From: a virus
Lineage: Duplodnaviria; Caudoviricetes
DNA length: 64,000 nt
Strand: one strand, 5' to 3'
Virus record (IMG/VR): IMGVR_UViG_3300013426_000035
Location: 1,329 to 65,328 of that record
Shown here: one piece after another, positions 56,390 through 64,000 of the stretch
How the letters are laid out: each line of letters begins with the position of its first letter
Numbering within the stretch: the stretch's first letter is position 1
Made by a program: the position numbers and the translations under genes
Notes under the pieces: generated by a model
Seen by the model: only the letters and a program-made list of their open reading frames with translations
What the model was told of the DNA's origin: nothing
Databases searched by the model: none

Positions 56390-56707
56390 TCGAGCTCAAA
56401 AGACAGGTGTTATCCCTTACACCTGAAAAAGAAGGGGTGCTCCTTGTAAGAGGAAAAAGGCGCGAGAAGCGCGTGGCAGTCATGGTGACTGCTTGACCTG
56501 ACCCGGAACCAACCCCCGGTCGAAACGGAACTGCGATTTTTAAGGTCTTTACGCAGAAAAACGTTGTTTTGTACCAGCTTTCCTCGCTCCGGTTTTTTGC
56601 GACTGGAACGCGGAAAATTGGCACAAAATGCGCAAGCAGAAAAAAACTTGCAAAAATACCAAAAAGAGGAGGCGTGATAAAAAATGCGAGATTTTTTGAA
56701 ATCGCGC

Positions 56708-56736
56708 TTGCAAAATTCGCCCGGCGGTGTTATTGT
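56708..56736 (+). promoter_or_regulatory. promoter TTGCAA-N17-TATTGT (extended -10) of the C4-like/ant unit
   Basis: Direct reading. Confidence 0.65.
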
Positions 56737-56839
56737 AAATGCGTTGGACCTAGAAATCCACGCAAGTAGCGGAAGTCGCTCCGTCAACTCGACAAACGAT
56801 TCCCGGAAAAATCTTACAGCTCACCCGCTTTGTATTTTT

Positions 56840-56916
56840 GCGGGCTTGAGGGATTGCATCGGAGTAATCCATGCGGCACGACTACTTGCGTGTTTCTAGC
56901 TCCCTATCAAGCCCGC
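56840..56916 (+). ncRNA. C4/CI-like antisense RNA
   Basis: Closing stem GCGGGCTTGA-GGGA / TCCC-TA-TCAAGCCCGC; GTAA hairpin; CACG-ACTACTTG-CGTG hairpin; TTTCTAG bulge; complementary targets on both sides. Confidence 0.75.
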
Positions 56917-56984
56917 TTTTTTTGTGCCCTAGAAAGCGCGAAAAAGCAAAACAAAATAACAGTCTTACAAGTAGGAGACGAACA

Positions 56985-57014
56985 ATGTTTGCTTGCTCAA
57001 ACAATCCTAATTGA
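56985..57014 (+). CDS. 9-aa leader peptide whose SD overlaps the downstream antisense target
   Basis: CAAGTAGGAG (target plus SD) then ATG...TGA. Confidence 0.4.
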   Translation: MFACSNNPN

Positions 57015-57148
57015 ACTCAATTCTCCTTGCGTCTAATCAATAGATTGACGCAGTTCGAACTACAAGCCGTTTTGTTAAAAATGGCAATTTCGCAAAAACA
57101 ACGGGCGCGGAATGGTTCCGCTCCTATAAACAACAGAAAGGTACTCAA

Positions 57149-57955
57149 ATGAGTAACGAAATCATGAAATTCAACTTTGAGGGCGCAGATGTGCGCGTGA
57201 AGACAGAAAACAACGAACCTTGGTTTGTTGCAAAAGACGTTTGCAATGTTCTCGGCATGACAAATTCGAGGGTTGCAGTCAGTCATCTTGATGAAGATGA
57301 AAAGGGAGTAAAAAAAGTTTACACCCTTGGAGGAGAACAAACACTGTCAGTTGTCAACGAATCCGGACTTTATGCGTTGATTGTACGCTCCAACAAACCT
57401 GAAGCGCGCAAGTTCCGGAAGTGGGTTACTGCTGAGGTTCTTCCCTCCATCCGGAAATCCGGCGGTTACATCGCGGCGAAGGCTGACGAAACGCCGGAAA
57501 TGATTATGGCAAGAGCAATCAAACTTGCAGATGAGACAATCAACAGACAAAAACTCCAGCTTGAGGAGAAGGACAAGAAAATCGCGGAAGCGAACAAGCA
57601 AATCGAAATGGATAAGCCCAAAGTCGTATTTGCTGAAAGCATCGCGGTCGCCAAAACGTCAATCCTTGTTGGTGAAATGGCAAAACTTATCAAACAGTCA
57701 ACGGGCGTGGAAATCGGGCAGAATCGCTTTTTTGATTACCTGCGAGAAAAAGGCTATCTCCACAGCAAAGGCAGCCAGAAAAATCTCCCCACACAGCGAA
57801 GCGTCAACGCTGGATGGTTTGAGGTGAAGGAGGGCGCGCGAATCAACAGCGAAGGCGTTAGCGTTATCACTAGAACACCTAAAATTACGGGCAAGGGGCA
57901 AATCTACTTTGTGAACCTCTTCGCGAAAGAATCGAACTCACTTCCCCTGATGTAA
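57149..57955 (+). CDS. phage antirepressor (Bro-N plus ANT/KilAC)
   Basis: EPWFVAKDVC..LG...VNESGLY.LI.RSNKPEA..F..WV; KPKVVFA...LIK...GQNRFF..LRE...TGKGQIYF. Confidence 0.92.
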   Translation: MSNEIMKFNFEGADVRVKTENNEPWFVAKDVCNVLGMTNSRVAVSHLDEDEKGVKKVYTLGGEQTLSVVNESGLYALIVRSNKPEARKFRKWVTAEVLPSIRKSGGYIAAKADETPEMIMARAIKLADETINRQKLQLEEKDKKIAEANKQIEMDKPKVVFAESIAVAKTSILVGEMAKLIKQSTGVEIGQNRFFDYLREKGYLHSKGSQKNLPTQRSVNAGWFEVKEGARINSEGVSVITRTPKITGKGQIYFVNLFAKESNSLPLM

Positions 57956-57994
57956 GACAGGGGAAATAATCTGAAAACTGAAAGAGAACAGAAT

Positions 57995-58132
57995 ATGAAC
58001 AAAATCAACTTGAAGCTTATCGCCGCCGCGCTGGTTTTCGGCGCGGCTATGGGCTATATGATTGGACTTGTACAGATGACTGTACAGTCCGAAAAGCGGC
58101 TTGCTGAGATTGCGGCGGTGTGCAATGAGTAA
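57995..58132 (+). CDS. 45-aa single-TM protein (below ORF-track cutoff)
   Basis: MNKINLKLIAAALVFGAAMGYMIG... Confidence 0.55.
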   Translation: MNKINLKLIAAALVFGAAMGYMIGLVQMTVQSEKRLAEIAAVCNE

Positions 58133-58310
58133 CACAGAAACTGAACACATCGGATGGCGTGGAATTTGCCTGTCTTGCAAGCGCTGGAACGGCGTTATCT
58201 GCGACGCATCAAGACGCAAGAGAGAGGCAACAGATGACTGTTCCTCGCGTTCAAAAAAATATGAACAAAATCCAGCTTACAACACAAAAAAGAAAGAGTT
58301 TGAGGCATAA
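58125..58310 (+). CDS. small Cys-containing hypothetical protein
   Basis: Overlaps previous stop; CLSC. Confidence 0.45.
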   Translation: MSNTETEHIGWRGICLSCKRWNGVICDASRRKREATDDCSSRSKKYEQNPAYNTKKKEFEA

Positions 58311-58311
58311 A

Positions 58312-58581
58312 ATGAGAAGAGAAAAACATCCTGTTGTTTACACCTTGTTTGAGAACGGGCACGGCATGAAAATCAACTACTTTGGCAAGTGTAGCCACTT
58401 CCCTTATCAGTGCGCTGTACATACGCCAATGGGGTATTTGCATGGGCACGGAAGAACGCCAATGGGCTCTGTTTATGAGGCTATGAAAGGCATCAGAGCA
58501 CTTGACAAAGACAAGCTGATTGGCGAGCTGGAACAGTTTGCCTTACAGGTAAAACGAGAAAATGAAAACAGGGAGGACTAA
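58312..58581 (+). CDS. hypothetical protein
   Basis: GAGG SD. Confidence 0.5.
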   Translation: MRREKHPVVYTLFENGHGMKINYFGKCSHFPYQCAVHTPMGYLHGHGRTPMGSVYEAMKGIRALDKDKLIGELEQFALQVKRENENRED

Positions 58582-58798
58582 AAAGATGGTTAAGGTTGTT
58601 TGCGACATTTGCGGGAAACCTGCGATGTATGCGCTCGATTGCGCTTGCGGCGTGTTCGTTTCCGAAAAAAACTTGCCTATGTATAATCACCATATTTGCC
58701 GGACTTGCGCCTCAAAAATCGGAATCGCGGATTACATGGACGCACGGAAAGCAAAAGAAAAAGCAGATACGGAAAACGAGGAGGAACAGGCAAAATGA
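58562..58798 (+). CDS. Zn-finger hypothetical protein
   Basis: CDIC...CRTC. Confidence 0.55.
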   Translation: MKTGRTKKMVKVVCDICGKPAMYALDCACGVFVSEKNLPMYNHHICRTCASKIGIADYMDARKAKEKADTENEEEQAK

Positions 58799-59052
58799 CA
58801 TACCAGTGCCCCTATTGCAAAGGGCGCGGCTATCACTACTTGGAACGGGGTTGCAGTCTCACGTACATCTGCGAAGACTGCAAGGGCTCCGGCGAGCTTG
58901 CAAGGTGTGATGAGTGTGGTGACGTATGTGCTATAAGCGACATTGACCTTGACGGACTATGCCCGGAATGCGCTGAAGAAAAGAGAGAGCGCCTTGAAAA
59001 AGAAGAACTTGAAGAAGACGAAAACACGCTCAAAAACAAGAAAGGAGCATGA
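58795..59052 (+). CDS. Zn-finger protein (DnaJ-like CxxCxGxG repeats)
   Basis: CPYCKGRG and CEDCKGSG; ATGA overlap. Confidence 0.6.
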   Translation: MTYQCPYCKGRGYHYLERGCSLTYICEDCKGSGELARCDECGDVCAISDIDLDGLCPECAEEKRERLEKEELEEDENTLKNKKGA

Positions 59053-59055
59053 CTT

Positions 59056-59970
59056 ATGAACACGGTTATGAACAACCAAACAAACACAAACAACGGACTT
59101 CTGAACAGCAATCCGGCGGCTCCGGAGGCGAAGCTTTCTCCGGTTACGTTCCAGCCGGGCGAGATTTTTATGAACATTCAGGCGTTTGAGGCGGCGCAAC
59201 GAATGATCCGACCGCTTTCGGAAAGCGACCTTGTCCCTGTCACTTTCCAGAAGCGCCCGGCGAATTGCTTGATTGCACTCGAAACGGCGCAAAGGATAGG
59301 AGCGTCGCCTATGATGGTGATGCAAAACTTATATATTGTCCATGGCAAGCCCGCGTGGTCAAGCACATTTTTGATTGCGTGTATCAACGCCAGCCGGAAA
59401 TTCACCCCGCTCCGGTATCGCATGACGGGTGAAAAGGGAACGGATAGTTACGGCTGTATCGCGTGGGCTATTGACCGCGACGGCGAAAAACTGGAAAGCC
59501 CTGAAGTAACAATCGGAATGGCAAAAGCTGAAGGCTGGTATGGAAAAACAGGCTCAAAATGGAAGACCATGCCTGAACTTATGCTCCGTTACCGAGCGGC
59601 TACATTTTTCGCGAGAACATACGTCCCTGAACTCACAATGGGCATCCAAACGCAGGATGAAATTATCGACGTAACACCCGTCTCCGCTGAATCCGTGCCT
59701 GTTGCCTCCAAGTTTGAGAAGCGGAAAAAGGAGGCAGTCAAGGCTGTGACTGAAGCGGAAAACGAAGACGCAAAACCTGTTGAAACTGAACAGAAACAGC
59801 CCGAAAAAAACGACCTTGAAAAGCTGGCTGAAGTGATTGACAGAAAAGGGATTCCGGTATCAGCTGAAGAGGTGAAAGCGTTCGTGGAAAAGAACGGCGA
59901 GTTTTTCTCTTTTGCGATGGTTGAACCGAATCTTGACGCAATTGCCGATGCGATTTTAGGAGGAAAATAA
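59056..59970 (+). CDS. RecT-like ssDNA annealing recombinase
   Basis: ANCLIALE.A.R.G.SP..VMQNLYIVHGKP.WSS; W..MPELMLRYRAA.FFAR. Confidence 0.75.
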   Translation: MNTVMNNQTNTNNGLLNSNPAAPEAKLSPVTFQPGEIFMNIQAFEAAQRMIRPLSESDLVPVTFQKRPANCLIALETAQRIGASPMMVMQNLYIVHGKPAWSSTFLIACINASRKFTPLRYRMTGEKGTDSYGCIAWAIDRDGEKLESPEVTIGMAKAEGWYGKTGSKWKTMPELMLRYRAATFFARTYVPELTMGIQTQDEIIDVTPVSAESVPVASKFEKRKKEAVKAVTEAENEDAKPVETEQKQPEKNDLEKLAEVIDRKGIPVSAEEVKAFVEKNGEFFSFAMVEPNLDAIADAILGGK

Positions 59971-59971
59971 A

Positions 59972-60661
59972 ATGGAAACGACAGAAACCAAACACCATGT
60001 TTTTTCGCCTTCCACGCTCGAACGGCGCGAGGCATGCCCTGCAAGTTATCGCTTAGAGGAGGGCTTGCCCTCCTTTGATACAGAAAACTCCAAAGAGGGG
60101 ACAAGCAAACACGCGGTTACCTCGGATCTGATTACTGCTTGTATTAACCAAAAGCCGCTTCCGGAGGTTGATGACGCGGATGTTATGGCGGCATTTGATA
60201 AGTTCTCGGAGATTCTGCGACTTTCCGGCGTTTCCGGCGATAATTTTCAGATTTTCGCGGAACGGAAATTGAGCTACAAGTTTTGCGGCTTAGAGGTTTA
60301 CAACGGCACGGCAGATGTGGTGATTGTCACGCCTGAAAAGGTTGTTGTAATCGACTGGAAATTCGGGCACAAAGAGGTGACGGAGGCGGCGAACAACCCA
60401 CAGGGCGCGGCTTACGCTCTGGCGGCTATGCAAGAGTTTGAGCGCAAGGTTGCTGATGTCCACTTTTACAATCCTGTTATCCACCAGTACAGCAACTACA
60501 CGTTTGAGGGCATGGAGGGCATCAGAGATTACGTGATGGGCGTGATTGCCGAGTGCAAGCGCGATTCCGCACCCGCAATTGCAGGGGAAAAACAGTGTAG
60601 ATACTGCAAGGCGGCTTACTATGGTACGTGCCCTGCATACGCGGAATTTGCGTCAAAGTGA
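59972..60661 (+). CDS. PD-(D/E)xK / Cas4-like exonuclease (DUF2800-like), N-part
   Basis: HH.FSPS.L.R...CP; GTADVV; IDWKFG; C..C...C cluster. Confidence 0.8.
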   Translation: METTETKHHVFSPSTLERREACPASYRLEEGLPSFDTENSKEGTSKHAVTSDLITACINQKPLPEVDDADVMAAFDKFSEILRLSGVSGDNFQIFAERKLSYKFCGLEVYNGTADVVIVTPEKVVVIDWKFGHKEVTEAANNPQGAAYALAAMQEFERKVADVHFYNPVIHQYSNYTFEGMEGIRDYVMGVIAECKRDSAPAIAGEKQCRYCKAAYYGTCPAYAEFASK

Positions 60662-61083
60662 TGGTTGTATCGCAGAAACTTGACGCACTCCCGACGCTGG
60701 CAGAAGTCCCCGACGCTTTTTTATGCGAACTGGCTGGCAAGTTTAAGATTGTTACCAAGTTCGCAGAACGGGTAACAGAGGAAATCAAGGCGCGTTGCTC
60801 TGAAAAGGGAGCGTGCGGAAATTACGTTTTGAAGACAAGTTCCGGCGGTAAGGAAATCCCCGACATCAACGCGGCGTTTAATGCCCTTTCCAGCGTGTTT
60901 AAGGCAGAGGAATTTTTGACCTACTGCAAAGTAGCGGAACCAGCCTTGCGTAAAGCATACGCCGCGAAAATGAAAGAAAACGGTATGTGCTCAAGTCTCA
61001 AGGATGGCGAGAAGCTGTTTGCGGAAGCTATGGGCGAGCTGATACAGCTTAAAGCGCCGCGTCAAGTCTTAGCGGAGGCGTAA
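60661..61083 (+). CDS. probable C-terminal part of DUF2800-like protein as a separate ORF
   Basis: TGATG overlap; content resembles the usual C-terminal helical region. Confidence 0.5.
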   Translation: MVVSQKLDALPTLAEVPDAFLCELAGKFKIVTKFAERVTEEIKARCSEKGACGNYVLKTSSGGKEIPDINAAFNALSSVFKAEEFLTYCKVAEPALRKAYAAKMKENGMCSSLKDGEKLFAEAMGELIQLKAPRQVLAEA

Positions 61084-61086
61084 AAG

Positions 61087-61440
61087 ATGGCAAGCTACTA
61101 CTTGTACGAATCGCAAGCCGAGAAGTTGCGGGGGCTCAAAACCCCTGCAACGCAAGAGCTGGCGCGCGCGGTTGAAAGGTATCTTGCTGGCGAGTTTGCG
61201 AAAAGTTTGGCATTTACAGACAAAAACGCAGAAAACTTGACAAAGATGCCAAAGAGCAGAGTATCAGTCAATCACAGGTTTGCGGCGATTGATGACGCGC
61301 TTATGCGCAAGATACTTGCTTGCCACTGGCAGATACCTGATCCACGCTTAAAAGCGCTTGAAGAGGCTCTACGGCGCGCGGAAAAGGACGTTGATGAGCT
61401 AATGCGCCATTACACAAAACGCAAGTATGTGATGGAATGA
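61087..61440 (+). CDS. hypothetical protein
   Basis: GGAGG SD. Confidence 0.55.
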   Translation: MASYYLYESQAEKLRGLKTPATQELARAVERYLAGEFAKSLAFTDKNAENLTKMPKSRVSVNHRFAAIDDALMRKILACHWQIPDPRLKALEEALRRAEKDVDELMRHYTKRKYVME

Positions 61441-61476
61441 GACAAACAACCAAAAACAAACAACAGAGGATTGAAA

Positions 61477-61830
61477 ATGAAAAAGGCAGAAGGTTTTTAC
61501 GTGTATCGCTGGATGATTGAGGATTTGCATCTTAGAGGTGCTCAGCTACTTACGTATGCAATAATTTATGCTTTTTCTCAAAACGGAAAATGTTTTGAGA
61601 ATGGGCATAGATATTTAAGTGCAAGGGTTGGATACAGTATTCACGGCGTGATTAACGCATTAACAGTTCTTGCGGCAAGGAAACTAATCTCAATAGAAAA
61701 GCACTTTGGGGCGACGAGTGTATATCGCAACATTTACAAAAGGGAAAAACTACAACCGGATAGTGCAACGTTTAGCCCTTTTTGTTGCACGATAAACAAC
61801 CTTGACAGCTTAAAGGAGGCTTGCAAATGA
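61477..61830 (+). CDS. short winged-HTH replication-initiator-like protein
   Basis: WMIEDL.L.G..LL.YAIIY.FSQ motif; GAGG SD. Confidence 0.6.
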   Translation: MKKAEGFYVYRWMIEDLHLRGAQLLTYAIIYAFSQNGKCFENGHRYLSARVGYSIHGVINALTVLAARKLISIEKHFGATSVYRNIYKREKLQPDSATFSPFCCTINNLDSLKEACK

Positions 61831-62582
61831 GCATAATTGGACTTATCGCTTCAAACAATTTTATTGTGGTGAACAAGACGCTAATCCGAGAATTCGGACT
61901 TGAATGCGCAGTCGTTTTAGGGGCGCTCGCAAGTCAGCTTGAATATTTCAAGGAAGACTTGCAAGATGGCTTTTTTTACGCGACAGTGGACAGGATAAAG
62001 GAGGATACCGGACTTTCCGATTACCAGCAACGACAGGCAGTTTCAAAGCTACAGGCGGCTGGAATAATCGAAACAAAAGTAATGGGACTTCCGGCAAAAA
62101 GGTTTTTCAGAATCTGCGAAGAAGTATTGCAGAACAAGTTCTCAAAAAATTGCAGAACACTGACTGAAAAAACTGAAGAACTGGTTGCTGAAAAATTGCA
62201 GGGAAATAAAAATATAATAATAAGAAAAGATATAAGAAATGATTCTTCCCCCCTTATATCCCCCCCAAGGGGGAATGCCGCTGACGCGGCGATTGTCGAG
62301 GAGGTGAAGCATCGGATTAACGTACTCTTCAACCGTCGCGAATCGACGGCATGGAGTGAGAAGGAGACCAAACAACTAAAAACCATTGCAAAGCGCGAAG
62401 GCGTGCTTGATGAGCTGACAGAGATTGAGGCGCTCTATAACTCCGGATACCAATACCGGAGACGGGACGTTATCACGTTTCTGAACAACTTCGACGTTGA
62501 GCTTGACCGAGCACGCAACAAGGCGCTTCCAACCTATGGAGGGAGACCAAGAAATGTCGCTCTGGACAAATACGACATTTGA
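61827..62582 (+). CDS. replication initiator / replisome organiser
   Basis: LIASNNFIVVNK.LI..FG...A..LG.L...GFFY.T; precedes the helicase loader. Confidence 0.75.
   Translation: MSIIGLIASNNFIVVNKTLIREFGLECAVVLGALASQLEYFKEDLQDGFFYATVDRIKEDTGLSDYQQRQAVSKLQAAGIIETKVMGLPAKRFFRICEEVLQNKFSKNCRTLTEKTEELVAEKLQGNKNIIIRKDIRNDSSPLISPPRGNAADAAIVEEVKHRINVLFNRRESTAWSEKETKQLKTIAKREGVLDELTEIEALYNSGYQYRRRDVITFLNNFDVELDRARNKALPTYGGRPRNVALDKYDI
62127..62240. other. candidate replication origin (short repeats plus AT-rich tract) inside the initiator gene
   Basis: TTGCAGAACA x2, CTGAA(A/G)AA x3, AAAAATTGCAG x2, then A/T-rich run. Confidence 0.45.
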
Positions 62583-63321
62583 CGGACCGCTTGTACACGT
62601 CGATTATGACTACACCTGCAAGGAGTGCGGTAAGACCTTCCACTCCTCAATGGACGTTCCGGATTTTGCGGCTGATATCATTCCACGCCCCACGCTCTGC
62701 AAGGAGTGCGGGGATCGTATCAGTCAGGAAATCGAAAAACGCGAAAAAGAAGCCCGCTATCGCACGAGAAGCGTTGAATGCGGTGTTCCACTAGGGTTTC
62801 TTGATTACGATAAATCTAGAGGCAATACAGCGCTTTTTTCGGCGATGAAAAAAGACTGGAACAAGTCAATGTTTATCATTGGACCATACGATACCGGAAA
62901 AAGCCGCGCGCTTGCTTACTGTCTCACGCGTTGGATTATCGCTGATAAGGGCTTGAGAACGCAGTTTTACAACTGGACGCGATTGTGCGAGCTGTACGTA
63001 GCCAAAGCGGCGGAAGGCATGGTTAAAGCCAATGACTTTAAGTCTGATTTGCTTGCTACTGATATCCTTGCAATCGACGATTTCGGCAAGAGGCGACCTA
63101 CTCCGGTGATGGAAGACCTGACGTATGAGCTGATTAACGGCGTGTATGAATCGGGGAAACGCCTCTGGATGACCTCGAACAAGCCTCTCCGCGAGGTTTT
63201 GCAGGTGTACGAAAATCGCGATGTCGCAGAAGCGGTTATTTCGCGGTTTGACAGGATGATACGCGACGGGACAATGGTCAAGATAACAACGACCCCAATA
63301 AAGGGGCTGAAAAGCCCCTAG
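62554..63321 (+). CDS. DnaC/IstB-like AAA+ helicase loader
   Basis: CKEC x2; Walker A GPYDTGKS; Walker B LAIDDFG; TSN...SRF. Confidence 0.85.
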   Translation: MSLWTNTTFDGPLVHVDYDYTCKECGKTFHSSMDVPDFAADIIPRPTLCKECGDRISQEIEKREKEARYRTRSVECGVPLGFLDYDKSRGNTALFSAMKKDWNKSMFIIGPYDTGKSRALAYCLTRWIIADKGLRTQFYNWTRLCELYVAKAAEGMVKANDFKSDLLATDILAIDDFGKRRPTPVMEDLTYELINGVYESGKRLWMTSNKPLREVLQVYENRDVAEAVISRFDRMIRDGTMVKITTTPIKGLKSP

Positions 63322-63345
63322 AACGAACGAAAAAGGAAAAGACGG

Positions 63346-63540
63346 ATGAAGACATGTATCAAACCGAAAAAGCCCGTAGAGGCGCGTTTCTGTGAATTTT
63401 GCGGGAATCGGATACCCGTGAACGGGGAATCTTACTCCATATACCAGAAACGGCGTTTTTGCTCGCCTAAGTGCTCCGCAGTGGCAACGCGAGAACGAAA
63501 GCTGGAAGAAAAGCATAAAAAGGAGGCTGTTGGGAAATGA
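63346..63540 (+). CDS. Zn-finger hypothetical protein
   Basis: CEFCG...FCSPKC. Confidence 0.6.
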   Translation: MKTCIKPKKPVEARFCEFCGNRIPVNGESYSIYQKRRFCSPKCSAVATRERKLEEKHKKEAVGK

Positions 63541-64000
63541 ACGAAGAAAAAGAAGTGGTATTTCGGTCTTGTACCAAATGCGGCAAGATGTTTTACGTAC
63601 GAAAAGGACGAGAAAGCAGGTGCTCGGCTTGCAGAAAAGACCCGTACGGGCAACCGAAAAAGACAGTGACAAAAACTTGCGTACATTGTGGTGCTGAGTT
63701 TGAAGCTCCATCCTACAAGAGCCGGAAAATCTACTGCTCCCAAAGATGCGCAAGAGCGGCTTGGAAGGAGAAATACCGCCAAAAATACGTAGTAAACAGG
63801 GAGATGAAGCATTGCATTTGCAAAAAGTGCGGTGCGGAGTTTGAAAGCAAATATGCGCGCAAGACGTGTTTTGAGTGCACGGAAAAACGCTCGGAAAGCG
63901 GTATTAAGATTACGAGATACTGCGAGTGTTGCGGCAAGGCGTTTGAGATTCCGAAGTCGCATTATTATCGCCGTTTTTGCTCTGTGGATTGTATGAAAAA
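63537..64000 (+). CDS. multi-Zn-finger protein, truncated by the window end
   Basis: Open frame to 64000 with repeated CxxCGxxF...CSxxC units. Confidence 0.65.
   Translation, partial: MNEEKEVVFRSCTKCGKMFYVRKGRESRCSACRKDPYGQPKKTVTKTCVHCGAEFEAPSYKSRKIYCSQRCARAAWKEKYRQKYVVNREMKHCICKKCGAEFESKYARKTCFECTEKRSESGIKITRYCECCGKAFEIPKSHYYRRFCSVDCMK

Noticed and set aside
59972-60661. cas4 of a CRISPR system
   Set aside because: It lies beside a RecT-like gene, the standard phage recombination context.
63319-63346. Readthrough fusion of the helicase loader (TAG) to the in-frame next ORF
   Set aside because: The loader is complete at normal length, and the next ORF has its own AAGGA SD-like sequence.
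1-64000. Specific host taxon assignment
   Set aside because: Only indirect clues (lipoboxes, sigma70-like promoters, tRNA-Gly core); needs att or spacer matching.

Overview
The window is a near-complete, circularly permuted genome of a temperate long-tailed (siphovirus-like) dsDNA phage. Lipoprotein signal peptides fit a diderm host, but the taxon cannot be fixed from sequence. Order: nucleotide-metabolism and late-early genes (thyX, dut, ssb; 1-8 kb); ParB-fused DUF4417 and DNA methyltransferase genes with leftward small-gene islands (8-13.7 kb); packaging and head (14-24 kb); tail (24-44 kb); atypical lysis region (44-47 kb); accessory acidic proteins and an uncharacterised five-gene low-complexity cassette (48-53.7 kb); intact attP carrying the 3' end of a tRNA-Gly, tyrosine integrase and cI/cro switch (53.8-56.4 kb); antirepressor locus and recombination/replication genes (56.7-64 kb). 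Main discovery: the MuF/gp7 head-morphogenesis gene is fractured into two separately translated genes carrying the N- and C-halves of a naturally split intein (89 aa, net +9; 36 aa, net -9), with a free-standing HNH endonuclease gene between them in a third frame. The protein should therefore need trans-splicing. Other highlights: an Ala1 class-3 LAGLIDADG intein in the TerL Walker A motif; a P1 C4 / P4 CI-like antisense RNA switch upstream of the antirepressor; a GGTTGACAA motif before nearly every late module; and a duplicated highly acidic small protein behind strong sigma70-like promoters. Family assignments come from recognised motifs, not database searches.
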